A stretch of DNA of 64,000 bases from NCBI RefSeq assembly GCF_009914755.1, contig NC_060930.1. One strand, given 5' to 3'. The first letter of the stretch is position 1, and the number at the start of each line of letters is the position of its first letter. The notes beneath the pieces are model-generated. The model saw only the letters and a program-made list of their open reading frames with translations, was not told the origin of the DNA and searched no databases. A program made the position numbers and the translations under genes. Shown here one piece after another: positions 13,922 to 29,355 of the stretch. This stretch comes from the human T2T-CHM13v2.0 reference genome, Homo sapiens.

Positions 13922-15895
13922 AAAAATTTTTTTATTTCAATAGCTTTAGAGGTACAAGTGGTTTTTGGTTACATGGATGAATTGTACAGCAGTGAAGTCT
14001 AGGATTTTAGTGCACTCCTCACCTGAATAGTGTACATTGTACCCAATAGGTAGTTTTTCATCCCTCACCCCCCAAACCTCCCCCATTTGAGCTCCAATAT
14101 CTATTATACCACTCTGTACAAATTTGCATACCCATAGCTTAGCTCCCACTTATAAGTGAGAATATGTGGTATTTTGTTTTCTGTTCTCGAGTTACTTTAC
14201 TTAGGATAATGGCCTCCAGTTTCATCCAAGATGCTGCAAAAGACATTATTTTGTTCTTTATGGCTGAGCAGTAATCCACACCACATTTTCTTTATCCATT
14301 CATCAGTTCATGGACACTTGTGTTGATTTCGTATCTTTGCAATTGTAAATTGCGCTGTGATAAACATATGCATCCAGGTGTCTTTTTTATATAATGACTT
14401 GTTTTCCTTTGGGGAGATACTCAGTAGTGGGATTGCTGGATCAAGTGGTAGATTTACGTTTAGTTCTTTGAGAAATTTTCATAGCGTTTTCCATAGAAAT
14501 TATATTAATTTACAGTTCCACTAGCAGAGTATAAGCATTCCCTTTTTACCACATCTGTGCGAACATCTATTGTTTTTTGACATTTTATTAATGGCCTTTC
14601 TGGCTGGGGTAAGATGGTATTTCATCGTGGTTTTAATTTGCATTTCCCTGATAATTAATGATGTTGAGCATTTTTGCATGTTTGCTGGCCATTTTTATAT
14701 CTTTTTTTGAGAGATGTCTCTTCATGTCATTTTCCCACTTTTTAATAGGATTATTTGTTTTTTTTCTTGCGGATTGGCTTGAGTTCTTTGTAGATTCTGG
14801 ATATTACTGCTTTGTCAGAAGCATAGTTTGCAAATATTTTCTTTCATTCTGTAGGTTGTCTGTTTACTCTGTTGATTATTTATTTTTCTGTGCAGAAGCT
14901 TTTTAGTTTAATTAGGTCCCACTTATTTACTTTTGTTTTTGTTGCATTTGCTTTTAGGGTCTTAGTCAAGAATTCTTTGCCTAGTCCAATGTTCAGAAGA
15001 GTTTTTCCTAGGTTTTTTTTTTCTGGAATTTTTATGGCTTCAAGTCTTAGATTTAAGTCTTTAATCCATCTTGAGTTAATCTTTGTATATGGTGAGACAT
15101 AGGGATCCAATTTTATTCTTCTACATGTGGCTATCCAATTTTCCAAGTACCATTTATTAAATATAGTGTCCTTTCCCCAGTGTATGTTTTTGTCTGCATT
15201 GTCAAAGATCAGTTGGTTGTAAATATTTGCTTTATTTCTGCATTCTCTATTCTGTTCCATTGGTCTGTGTGTCTACTTTTACATCAGTACCATGCTGTTT
15301 TGGTTATTATAGCTTTGTAGTGTAATTTGAAATCTGGTAATGTAATTCCTCCAGATTTGTTCTTTTTGCTTAGGATTGCTTTGGCTATTCAGGCTCTTTT
15401 TTTGGTTCCATATTAATTTTAGGAGTTTTTTTCTAATTTTGTGAAAAGTGATATTAGTATTTTGATAGGAATTGCACTGAATCTGTAGATTGCTTTAGGC
15501 AGTATTGTCATTTTCACAACATTAATTCTTCTGATTCATGAGCATGGGATGTTTTTCCATTTGTTTGTGTCATCTATGTTTTTTTTCATCAGTATTTTGT
15601 AGTTCTCCTTGTAGAGATTTTTCACCTCATTTGTTACATATATTTCTAGGTATTTTATATATTTTTTGTGGCTATTGTAAAAGGGATTGAGTTCTTCATT
15701 TGAGTCTCAGCTTGGTCCTTGTTGATGTAAGCAGAACTACTGATTTGTCTACATTTATTTTGTAAACTGAGGCTTTACTGAATTCATTTATCAAATCTAG
15801 CAATCTTTCAGAGAAGTCTTTAGGATTTTCTAGGTATAAGATCATATCATTGGCAAACAGTGATAGTTTGACTTTCTCTTTTCCAATTTGGATAA
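13922..15895 (-). mobile_element. 5'-truncated L1PB3/4-like LINE-1, interrupting an L2 3' end
   Basis: ORF2 remnants ([37 protein letters not shown]). L2 sequence stops at gtaagctccatgagggcagg and resumes at ~15898, ending in (gaat)n at ~16020. Confidence 0.9.
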
Positions 15896-16261
15896 AAGCA
15901 AGGATTTTTGTCAGTTTTGTTTGCAGCAATATTTCTAGAATCCAGATAGTACTTGGCATACAAGAGCACTATAGCATATTTGGCACACAAAATATCTTTT
16001 GAATGAATGAATGAATGAAAAAGTGCTTTAGATGCTTAACGTCTTTCCTTCTGGATAGCATATTGTGATGGTGTGAAAAATGAGGCATGTATCCATTGCT
16101 CTCTCTCTCTCTGCCACCATGCTACTGGACAGTTTCATCTCCTACATAGTATGATTTTAGAAATTCAGCACCATCTTCTCCCCAGTACATGTCACCATGC
16201 TTACTGGCCCACCATTAGAGATGAATTCCAACTCCAAGAAGCTTTTATAAAAATGCAACTA

Positions 16262-17691
<1,430 letters not shown>

Positions 17692-18594
17692 TACTCTTGA
17701 AGGTATCATTATTTCAGTGCTAGCAAAGAAAAATTCCACAATTTATTGACAATTAGCTAAGAGGTACTGCAAAGACATACATTTTATCTTCTTCCCAACT
17801 TTGTTTAGTCTGTCAGACTCAGCTCCTCAACAGAGCTGAGGACCTTGGGAACTTGCCATGCTCATTTCTAGAGCTCATTTCTTAGTTGTTTGCTTTTAGT
17901 GAATTTTAATCACAGGTTCCCAGCGCTGGATCCCTGAAATATGAATGATTAAGAGAAGCCTGCTGGCTTGCTGAGTTACAGAACCATTTAAAACCTAAAA
18001 GAGAGGAATTTCTGAGTCTCATTCTCCAAAAGACGACATTGCAATTTCGGTTGTAAGTTGGATGGAAAATATTTGCAAGTCCCAAAGGTGTAATCTCTTC
18101 TGAACTTTGATAGTGGTCAAAGAGCACATAGGTAGAAATGGTAGTCAACAAGGGGCTTTCAACATCAGCCTCAGGGTTGGGTTTCTGAAACATTAGGCAT
18201 CCAAATTCTTGTGCGCTGGTCCCTTACCCACTTCTTAATGCTTTCTTTTTTTTTCAACCTGAAATTCAGTTCCTTATTTTGCTAACGAATACAACTTGGT
18301 ACTTTGGGAAGCCCTCCCCATCCCCAACACAGGGTCCCATGGAAACCAAATGGAAAGGAAAAACATCGGAAGTGGAGAGTTTATGCTATTGCCTTTGGGC
18401 CTGCGGTCTGATTTCCTTTAGTCTGGGGTACATGGGCCAGAGCTTATTTTCCTGGCTGCTCCTAAACAACCTACTGCTGCTTAAGCTATTGCTTAAAAAT
18501 TGACAAAAGTACAATGATGGAGAGAGTTGTGTTATTCATGCTGAAAAATGATTTCCTAGTCGGAGCCAAAAATATATTTTCCTTGGGAGATATT

Positions 18595-19206
18595 CACTCG
18601 CGTGGGGCCTCGGTTCCCTCTGACTAAAGAAGAGAGGGATGAGAAGAAGACCAGCAGGGGACGATGAACAGTGAGAAGGGGGGTGGATTCCAAGGAGATG
18701 GGGGTTTGGAACACACTGTTTGGGACTGAAAGCATGAGAAGGCTCAGAGCTGGGTGGGGAGCATGTGGTGCTAAGGCAGGAAGGAAGCTGATGATTCACG
18801 GTGGGAATCGTATTGAAGGATGATTATACTCTGTGGCTCAATAGTGGAAGCTCTTTAAATTGAAGGTAAGGGAACAGCTCTGATACCACAGTATGATGAA
18901 TACCTACAACGTGTAGAATCTGGAGGTGCATACAAGAATGAGAAGCAATGGGCAGAGATCAAGTGTGTTTTTTGTATGGTGCCTGAAATAACCTTCTATC
19001 TGAAGTGAAATTTCTTGGTAAGTGTTGACTTGGGTGAAATAGACAAAAATATCGTCACCTAAATAATTAGAAGAGAATTCCATTTCAGTGTGTTCCAAAC
19101 CCCTGTCTCCTTGGAATCCAGCACCCCCTCACTGTTCATCGTCCCCTGTTGGTCTTCTCTCCCCTCTCTTCTTTAGTTGGAGAGAACTGAGGTCCCTGAG
19201 TGTGTG
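18595..19206. repeat. Inverted repeat, ~120-bp arms (18595-18718 and 19086-19206), 367-bp spacer
   Basis: The reverse complement of the right arm shares exact blocks actaaagaagagaggg, caggggacgatgaacagtgag, tggattccaaggaga and ggggtttggaacacactg with the left arm. Confidence 0.92.
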
Positions 19207-21375
19207 GAGAAGGTAGAATGAACGGGTTGATGGGAGGAAAAGGAAATAAGGATTTAGAAGAGAGACAAGGCAGAGCTGAGGAAGGGATAATCTATCGAGC
19301 TGTAGCATGAAATATAAAGGTCAAGAGGGATAGGAAGGTCAGGGGGAAGGTCAGTGAGCCCACACTCTTGGGAGTGGTGCTGGATGTCTCCAGGGGCATA
19401 GAGAGGAAATGGTGGCTTCAGCCAGAAACCCAGGTGCAGGACAAGCCAGCAGCTTTGACGATGGAGAGCCAAGGATGCACTGACACTGGACTGAATACAT
19501 GCATGGAATGGGGTTGGGGGCTATAACAGATCTTATAAGAGAAATGAGCCATCTCCAAGAAAGATTAGATGGAACAGTGGAGATAGTGTCTTTACCTTCC
19601 TCCCACAAGGATGCTTGTGATTTAGGAAGGAGGAGTTTTTGAAAGGTGCATGAAAGACAAGGATGTTGAATATGCAGACCCTATGTTACCGCTTTCACTC
19701 TTCATACCCCTAGAAGACATCGCTGATCAATCTCAGCATCTTTCCTGGGAAACTAATCATAGCATTAGAGTTCTCAGCACAGTTTTTCAGCAGCCTCTGC
19801 CAGTCAATCATCCCTGGCATAGAAGCTCTTCCTTTAATAGGTGGCTTCCAGATTACTAACCAATTAAATGACAACTGCCATTTGATAATAGCAAATGTCA
19901 TCATTTACTGTTACTGTCATCATGCCGGTGCCACCTGGTCCCATCGCTTTAGGAACTACTGTGCAGATGGTCTCCCCTGGAGAGCAGCATCATGCCCTAG
20001 CATGTGTGTATCACTGAGGAGCCCTCCATTCATGTTCCTCCACCTCCAGGGTGATGGAGGTCACCACAGTAAGCAGAGCCATCTGTCACGGTTCTGCTGA
20101 CTTTAAAGGGCCTGGTGTAGCCCAGCTACAATTTGAGGGGTTGCTGCGCTGGTACCGCAGGGTATGAAATCTGAGGATGAGGGGAAGAAAAAAAGCCACG
20201 GCCAAAGTGACTGCAGATGTGAAGACCAGAGATCAGATCTTTTGGGGTGACCAAGGACACTCACTCAACCTACTTCCTCCTCTCGATTGACAATTTCTGG
20301 AATGGGCTAGTGCCCCAAGGCTTTGAGGTTAAAGGGCTATGTTCAACTCAGATAATATCACCTGGGCTAAAGTCCTCAGATTAGGACTTGCCTTAGAGTT
20401 TCTTAAGTAGCCACATGAAAGATGTCAAAGGAACCTTTAATTAGTAGGTTCTGAGGGCTGGCTTGGACCAGGCTGAAGCATGGTAGGCTTGGCAGGAGCT
20501 CTAGGGAGGAGAGCGAAGGGAAAATCTGAAGTGGAAAGCCACATAAACCTTAGGAGACCCACCCAATGGTGGCACCACATCTAAATAAATCAAATGGGTT
20601 CCTGACTCCTGATGCCAGAAATCACACATCCCACGGGCAACCCACACTGGCCCAGCAGTGCAGACCACGCGGGCTGGGTGGAATAAAGGGGGCAGTGCTC
20701 AAGGCAGGTTGTGTTTTCCTTTTGTCTTGGTAACTGCATCTGATTCACCCACCTGCTGCGGCTGCCTCCTGGACTTTCCCTTGAGCAGGTGAGGAAAGGG
20801 CTGGCTTGCCAAAGGAGTGGACAGGCCTGGAGCCTCTGAAAAAATGGCAGCTGCTCTGGGGTAGCTTCTGATTGCCAGCAATAACAAAAGACATCTAAAC
20901 AGTGGTCCTCAAGAGCATCTGCAGAAAACACTCATTTTCCTAACCTAGCATCTCTGGGGTTTCTATTTTGTAAATGTTCTCATCCAGGACAAAGTGCCCA
21001 CATGGGCTGTTACAGAAATCCGTGGACAGACGCAGGCACTGAGTTTGGAAAGCCGCCTGGGTCATGGTGGCATTTCTGCATTTTGGAGCCAGCTTAGGCA
21101 TCTGGAGGCCAGCAACGTTTCCATTAAATAAGACAGCACGCTGTGGCTCCTGCTGCCAGGCCAAACTGGATCTATTGAGTCTTTTCTATTGATTTTAGCC
21201 CGTAGATGTGGCAGCACTGAAAAAGCCTGGATGTCTAATTCCAGGCTCAATATTTGGACCAATCCTGGGAATCTGAGTGGAAGAACGCGTGTGTCTGAAT
21301 TCTTTGTAGGTTGACTGACAGCTCCCTGAACGGAAAGGCAGCAGTTTTCTTCAGCTTAGAAAGAGGCTCCAGATC

Positions 21376-21764
<389 letters not shown>

Positions 21765-21984
21765 TCACATGTCCTTGACTGCTTCCAAAGGCCATGGTTC
21801 ACAGGGTCCTGTTGAGTGGCTTCCACCCTAATGAGATTAGCTCTTGTGTGAGCCTGTGCTTCAGAGGCAGTGGTTAAAGCATTGTTAACGTGTCCTGTTG
21901 TCTGAAAAATGAGGCAAATTTTCTATCTATGCCTAAATTAGGAATGGATTCACTATAGACTCATTTATTTTCATGTATTTAATT

Positions 21985-22286
21985 TTATTTATTTTTATTT
22001 TATTTAAGACAGAGTCTTGCTCTATTGCCCAGGCTGGAGTAGAGTGGTGCAATCTTGGCTCACTGCAACCTTTGCTTCCCAGGGTCAAGCAATTCTTGTG
22101 CCTCAGCCTCCCAAGTAGCTGGGACCAGAAGTGTGTGCCACCACACCTGGTTAATTTTTGTATAACTAGTAGCGATGGGGTTTCGCCATGTTGGCCAGAC
22201 TGTTCTCGAACTCCTGGCCTCAAGTGATCTGCCCACCGTGACCTCCCAAAGCACTGGAATTATAGGTGTGAGCCACCATGCCTGGT
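21985..22286 (-). mobile_element. Old Alu (J/early S)
   Basis: Reverse dimeric Alu with ctcctggcctcaagtgatc; flanks attttcatgtattt/attttcatacattt. Confidence 0.93.
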
Positions 22287-22479
22287 CAATTTTCATACAT
22301 TTTAAAAAGAGAATTAAAGAATTGCATTCTAGCTAAGGAGCAAAAAATACCCCTTCCCTGAAATATGTATGGATTTAAGTAAAATTCTGTTTCCTTAGCT
22401 TGTAAGTAAGTAGATGCAAAATGGAGTTTAGATATGCTTATGTTCATGTTTTGGGGAAAAAAAGGAAGGGGAAATTTAA

Positions 22480-22775
22480 TTTTTGTGTGTCTTCCATGTG
22501 ACAGGCACTGTTCCATATTTCACAAATATTAATTCAATTAATCTTCACAACTCTATTGGTAGTGGTGGAAAGCTGATGCTTATTGAGAACTTTGCATATA
22601 CTAGAGGCATTACATATGTTCTTATTTAATTCTTACAATAACCGAGTCAACTAGGTAGTATTGGGCCTAGTTGGCAAGGTTATTAAGGTTGAAAGAGGTT
22701 AAAAGTGACTCCAAGTCAACAGTTAGTAAGTGGCAAAGCCATAACTATACCCTAGGTTTGTCTGACTCCAAAACC
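22480..22775 (-). mobile_element. MIR fragments
   Basis: tttaattcttacaataacc, agaggttaaaagtgactccaagtcaac…tctgactccaaa. Confidence 0.6.
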
Positions 22776-22838
22776 CACCTTTCTTTTTTTTTCTTTTTTT
22801 GGAAATGGAACCTTTATTTCTGCACAGGCCACCCCGGC

Positions 22839-23251
22839 TTTACTGAGGCATAATTGACAAATAAAATTGCATATATTTAAGGTTTACAATGTGATGATTT
22901 GATGCAGGTATATGTTGTGAATGATTACCACAATCAAGTTAGGTAATACATCCATCAACTTATATAGTTAGTTACCTGTTTTTTTGTTTGTTTGTTTGTT
23001 TTGTGGTGAGAAAAGATCTTAAGGTGAAAAGACCTTCTGTTAACAAGTACTGAGAATCTACGCTATTGACACCCTTAAGATCTTAAGATCTCTTTTAGCA
23101 AATATCATGTATACAATACAGTATTATTAACTACAGTCACCATGCTGTGCATTAGAGCCCCAGATGTTGGGCTCTATACCTCCTCATTTCCCCGAACTCC
23201 AGCCCCTGGCAACTACCATTCTACTCTCTGTTTCTATGAGTTCAATTTTTT
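22839..23251 (-). mobile_element. L1MA-type 3' end fragment containing a foreign ~54-bp insert
   Basis: L1MA 3' motifs (gattaccacaatcaag, tatacaatacagtattattaactacagtcaccatgctg, cccctggcaactaccattctactctctg). Confidence 0.8.
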
Positions 23252-24035
23252 CCAAAACGCTCCTTTTGCATGCTATGTTGCTAAGTGAAAGTCATTTGTC
23301 AACTAGAAATGATCTCATAAATACCAGCAAACCACTGATATCAGACCTAAGGGTCAGAAGGTCAGAGATGGTTAAAAAAAAAAAAAAGGAAATTTTTGGA
23401 GGGTTGTGAGCTGGAACGTGGACCAAAACCCATCAATTTGCAGTTCACAAGAGCTGGAGATCTCTGTGAACAGGAAACTAGGGAAGGCACCAGACACCTG
23501 ACACCTGGGAGGAGCCGCATCACCTGAGAGCCCAGGGTCTGGGTTATGGAGCAGGGGAAAGTGAAGATCTGGCTGGCTTGTAGTGAATCCTTGACTCTGC
23601 CATTAAGGACTTTTTGGTTAGAGAACTCTGTTAGGTTCAATTAAGTACGGTAATTATCTTTCCCCAATCTGTACAGCGATTGTACTCTGAACAGTCTCCA
23701 CATTAAATAGGTTATACACTTGAAATGGTGATTGGATTGGAGTTGAGTTTTGGTGGGGGCACTACAGAGAAGATGAAGGGGCAGGGCCCAGGTTCTAATA
23801 ATGTGGGCTTTGAGGAGAAGAAACTCCCATCCCCCAGTGAACAGTGGTGAAAAGAGGCAAGAAGCATCCAGGAGGTGATCCTTTAACCTCTGACCTCTCT
23901 GTATCCTAATAGCTTCTTCTCTGGAAAGCATTTTATTGTTTAAATATAACATTCGTTTATTCATTCAGGCTGAGTCAACTGGTGAAACAGACCATCTGTT
24001 AATAAGCACTGAGTGTCTACGCTATTGACACCCTT
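23023..24035 (+). repeat. Dispersed direct repeat, ~54 bp (23023-23076 and 23981-24035)
   Basis: ggtgaaaagaccttctgttaacaagtactgagaatctacgctattgacaccctt vs ggtgaaacagaccatctgttaataagcactgagtgtctacgctattgacaccctt. Confidence 0.9.
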
Positions 24036-24993
24036 TTCTATGGTTAGTTGGAGATAAGTAAAAGAAATATTGTCCTTGACCATACAATTTAGCTCAGCAC
24101 TGAGGGCATGGGAAGGCCAAAGTTTATGTTAAAAGGCAGGTGAAGCAGATAGACAAGGCATCAAAGGTCACGTGGTTCAGAAGGTATAGATGACTGGGAG
24201 AGAGCAGAGAAGCGGGTGGTCAGATTGCAGAAGGATTTCTCAGGGAATGTTCCTCCTGAGGCAGGTTTTAGAAGCACTGAGAAGCAGGAGCTAGAGGAAA
24301 GGGGGTCAGTGTTATTCTGCACAGGAAATAGAATGGCAAATCCACAGGGATGGGGAGGATCCCACCAGGTGAAGGGCTTGGCATGGAGACTGGCAGGACC
24401 TTGGGGATTTCCTTTGGTTGCCAGGGGCATTCAAGCTCAAGTGGCCACTGGGACCAGACACTGCACCCTCAACCAGTTCCCTGTTTGCCCAAGGTATTCC
24501 CAGGCAGAGACCCAATGAAGTTTTCCACAGGCTTGTCAGGCAATTTTCCCTCCCTCCTTCAGATGATTGAAGAAGATTTCCTTTAGTGTAACAGCAGGCT
24601 GCTCTGTGATTCCTGTTCAGTGGTGGGGGAAAGGAGATAGGACTTGGAGGCAGAAGCCATGGGTTGAGTGCTGGTTTCGACTACTAGCTGTGTGCCCCGG
24701 ATCTGCCATTTATATTGCTCTAAGTTTCAGGCTCCACATCTATAAAATGAAACACATAATAACTGCTATCTCTTAATGGTATTGTGAGGAGTTAGGAGTG
24801 GGCAGTACCTTGTGCATCTCTCCATTTTAGAACTATCCAATGCCTTTGTAATGATGTAATATTTCCATGATATCTCACCTCTCTGCCTCCCCTACCCCTC
24901 AGGCCATGAGCCCCCAAAGGCATGTGACTTTAGCTCCAAGCTCACTGCCTGGGATACAGTAGATGCTCCAAACAAGATTTCTTGACTGAATAA

Positions 24994-25333
<340 letters not shown>

Positions 25334-26723
25334 AAAATTGTTTTTCTTAAAAACGTTATTTGTTAAACTGTACTTATGTCTTTAATGTAGTTTTCTGTGA
25401 ATATATTTTATATAAAAATAAAGAAAACAATATGGCAGCAATGAATCATTTATTTAAAAGTCTCTGACAGAATGAATGAGTAAATGTGGAATATACTATA
25501 AAAAGTGAAAGTGTAAAAATGTTATAATTACCATCATAAGTAATAATGAGTCACCTAAAAACCCACCCACAGCAATCTGTTACGAGTGAAAGAATTACTT
25601 TAACACAGCAGGAGGATTTTAAGGTAGTTACAAATGACGGGTTAGCAATGTAGGGAGAGACAGTGGCTGAAATGGTCAGTCTGCCTCTACTGTTTCTGTG
25701 TTCTCTGCTTCCCAACCACACCAGCCAGGCTCATTCCACAGTAACAACCTCATCTCATTGAGAAAATGAATGTGACAGGACAGGGGCTTTCCACCACCAT
25801 GTCTTCCAGTGGACTCTCATGTATACCAGAAGTCCAAGCTTTCCCTCTGGTAACAACTAAACATCATCCACCATCTTATCAAAGCCCACCCCCTTCACCT
25901 GGGCTGTGGCTCCCAAACTCCTCTCCTGGCCTTCTTCCCTGAACCCTTATCTCCTGCCTGAACAATTTCCCCCACTGGATTATTTCCAGCAGCACAAAGT
26001 CATATTTTAAAATGTATGCTGAATCGGTTATAGTTAAATGTAGCTATATTTGAATTTGTAGGTACCAAATGGAAGGTTAAAACATTCATGTTTACTGGCC
26101 TTGATTTCATTGATGGAAGAGGAGAAAAGATAATCTATTTGTAGTGTGACTGGCAGCGTAGGGGACTTAAGAACACTTAGACACTTGGGGGAGGAAAAAA
26201 AAATACTCTTTTAACAATATCCTTCCTTTACCCCATTAACCTTCCAGCTATCTTTCAATTTCTTTGGTCCCTTTTCTTGGAAATGCTTCAACAGAGCTGT
26301 CTACATTCACCTCTCAATTCCCCCACTTCCTGTTCTCGCCTTGCTGTAGTCCAATGGACTTCCATCCCCTATACTCCACTGAAATTGTCCTTTCAAGATC
26401 CCCAGTGATCCTGGATTGCCAAAACCAGTGGTCAGTTTTCTGTTTTTATTTGAGTTGGCCTCTCGGTAAATGGTACAGCAATAAGGTTAGGGAACTGCAC
26501 GTAACTGCTACTGGTCAGCGGGCTGTGAGCGGCAGTGATACGTTTCTTCCTGGCTAAAGCAGTGGAGAGCCCCTTTGCGATTCTTCATACTCTCTCTTTC
26601 CTCACTCTGGTGATGGGGGTCATCGCAGATATAATCTCCATCAGCCTCGGTCTCTGGGGACCAGAGCTCCTACCTCTCTGGCCCACATTATTCATGCAAT
26701 ATGAACAAAAAGTACATTTTATT

Positions 26724-27018
26724 AATTTTTTTTTTGAGATGAAGTCTTGCTCTTGTCGCCCAAGCTGGAGTGCAGTGGTGCGATCTTGGCTCACTGCAAC
26801 CTCCTTCTCCTGGGTTCAAGTGATTCTCCTGCCTCAGCCTCCTGAGTAGCTGGGATTACAGGCACCTGCCACCACACCCGGCTGATTTTTGTAGTTTTCA
26901 TAGAGACAGGGTTTCACGATGTTGGCCAGGCTGGTCTCGAACTCCTGACCTCAGGAGATCCACCCGCCTCATCCTCCCAAGGTGCTGGGATTACAGGTGT
27001 GAGCCATCGTGCCCGGCC
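26724..27018 (-). mobile_element. AluS SINE
   Basis: Reverse dimer with poly-T head. Confidence 0.95.
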
Positions 27019-27109
27019 AAAATATGTTGTATTAAGTGACACTGATATTTTGTGTTCATTTATTACCAGAGCATAACTTAGTCTAGTCTGACCAATATGC
27101 AGTCGGTGA

Positions 27110-28230
27110 AACAGCTGACAAGCTCCCTCCTGCCTGAAGCACTTCCTTCCCTGGCTTTCTGTGACATTACTCCCTCCAAGTTTTTGTCCTACCTCCCTGG
27201 CTTCTCTTTCCAACCTTCAGATATTGTTTAGCTCTGGAGACTATTCTCTTTCAACAGGTGATTTCATTCAGGTGCATGGCTTTACGATGTATTACACACA
27301 AATGGCTCCAAAATGACTTTCCCTTTGAGTGCCAAAGTGGGACATCTGACAGGCCACTCCACTGGGAATCCTTACTTGAAGGTTTAATTGGCATATCAAA
27401 CTTAACATACCCCAAACAGAACTCTTAATTTCATGCTCCATTCTAAGCTCTATCCCAAGCTGTTCCCCCTAATTGTTTCCATATCAGTAAATGGCACCAT
27501 TTGCTCAAGCAAAAAATCCTAAGATTCTTCCATGATTCTTCAACCCCCACATGCCATCAGCTCTAGCGGCAACTCCTGCCAACAATCCCTTCAGAATAAT
27601 GCCTTACACCTCTCTGCTTCTCTTTGTCTCTTTTTTAGCCTAACCCAAGTCGTTGCCATTTCTTCTCTGGACTGTCTCCTGATAGCCTTGCCAGCTTCCA
27701 TTTTGCCCTCCTGCAATATATTCTCTATATAGCAACCCAAATGATCTTTTAAGAATATGATTACGTCACTCTCTGCTTTAAACTCTCCTGTGGCTTCCCA
27801 TGGACAAAGCCAAACCTGAATATACCCCAACCTCCTCAGCCTACCAGGACCTCCTGGCGTCATCTGGTCCCTGGCTACATCCCTCCCTCTTCATGCCACA
27901 CCCAGGTATTCTTTGTTCATGCCTTCTTGGCTCCCTGGCCGCCTTTCAGCTGCTCAACTATGGAAGTAGTGTTCCTGCCTTTGGGGCTTTATACTTGCTG
28001 CTTGTTTCACTGTCTGGAATGTTCTTTTCTGGGATCTTTATGATTATCAACTCACTATTCAGTTTGCAGCTCCCTTGTCCCCAACCCACCACAATGATTT
28101 TCTACCCTCTTTTTCTGTTTCATATCCTTCCTTAGCACTTATCACCCTCTGAAACCACATGTATGTATGTATTGTATGGAATGAAAACTCCTCAGAGGCT
28201 AACCTGTCCTGTTCAGTGCTCCTTCTCCAG
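27110..28230 (+). mobile_element. L2 LINE fragments (related pieces also at ~26200-26460)
   Basis: gcatatcaaacttaacataccccaaacagaactc, atcagtaaatggcacc, cactctctgctttaaactctcctgtggcttccca. Confidence 0.7.
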
Positions 28231-29066
28231 TACAGTAGGATGAAAGAGAGGAAGGAAGGGAGAGAGCAGTCGCAGTCCCATTGTAAACAGGTCCTCTGAT
28301 AGGTACCAGATTGGCACACCTGCCTGCCCACATCAAGCCCAAACTGCTCTCCTATGAAGGTGCCAACCCTGGAACTGAGCTTTTTCCTCTCTGCCCCCAC
28401 AATCAGAATTTTTTAAATAACCTTTCTGTTCTGGGGGACTTGGCTCATGTCAACATCCACAGGCCCTTGCTAACCTGTACCCTGACTAACCTCATCACCT
28501 CACTATTCTGCTGTCTCTTTCTCACTAGGTTTTCATTTTTGGGAGTTTGTGGTTTGTTTGTTTTGCTTTTATTTTTATTTTCTACATTTTAACTCCATGA
28601 ATAATTCTCTCCAAAGGGGGCCAAACAAAATGCCACGTATAAATGGCAAGGTGGCTAGTGAGAGCCACTCTCTTTTCCTGGCAAGAGTTTCCATTTCTGA
28701 AAGTGACACATGAGAATCTTTGGAGACATCTATCATCATTTCAGAATGCTATGGGGTCATCCAAGCTAATATCTGTACCTGTTGTACATCCTCAACAGAC
28801 AGAAGTAATTGACCATTATGGATGGATTATGTTAGGCTATCTAGGAAAGTTTCAGAGGAGTTTTGCTTTCATAGATGCATTATCCTATAGGAGCTCAGAG
28901 AGGGATATAGTCGATACGGAAGGCAAGTCCTAAAGATGTCAACCTCATCTATGCCTGAGGAGGTAAGAATATGCAAAAGGCATTACTTTACTTTTTCTAA
29001 TTATCAAAGTATGGCTTGCCCATTGAAGAAAACTGGGGTAACAGAATGATGTAAAGAAGCAAGAAA

Positions 29067-29355
29067 GGCCGGGCACAGTGGCTCACACCTATAATCCCAG
29101 CACTTTGGGAGGCTGAGGTGGGCAGATGGCTTGAGCCCAGGAGTTTGAGACCAGCCTGGGCAACATGGTGAAACCCCATCTCTACCAAAAACACAAAAAT
29201 TAGCTGGGCCTGGTGGTACATGTCTGCAGTCCCAGCTACTCAGGGGGCTGAGGTGGGAAGATTGCCTGAGCCCGGGAGGTTGAGGCTTCAGTCAGCCATA
29301 ATCGCACCACTGCACTCCAGCCTGGGTGACAAAGTGAGATGCTGTTTCAAAACAT
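29067..29355 (+). mobile_element. AluJ SINE
   Basis: J diagnostics (cttgagcccaggagttt, gttgaggct); TSD aaagaagcaagaaa. Confidence 0.95.
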
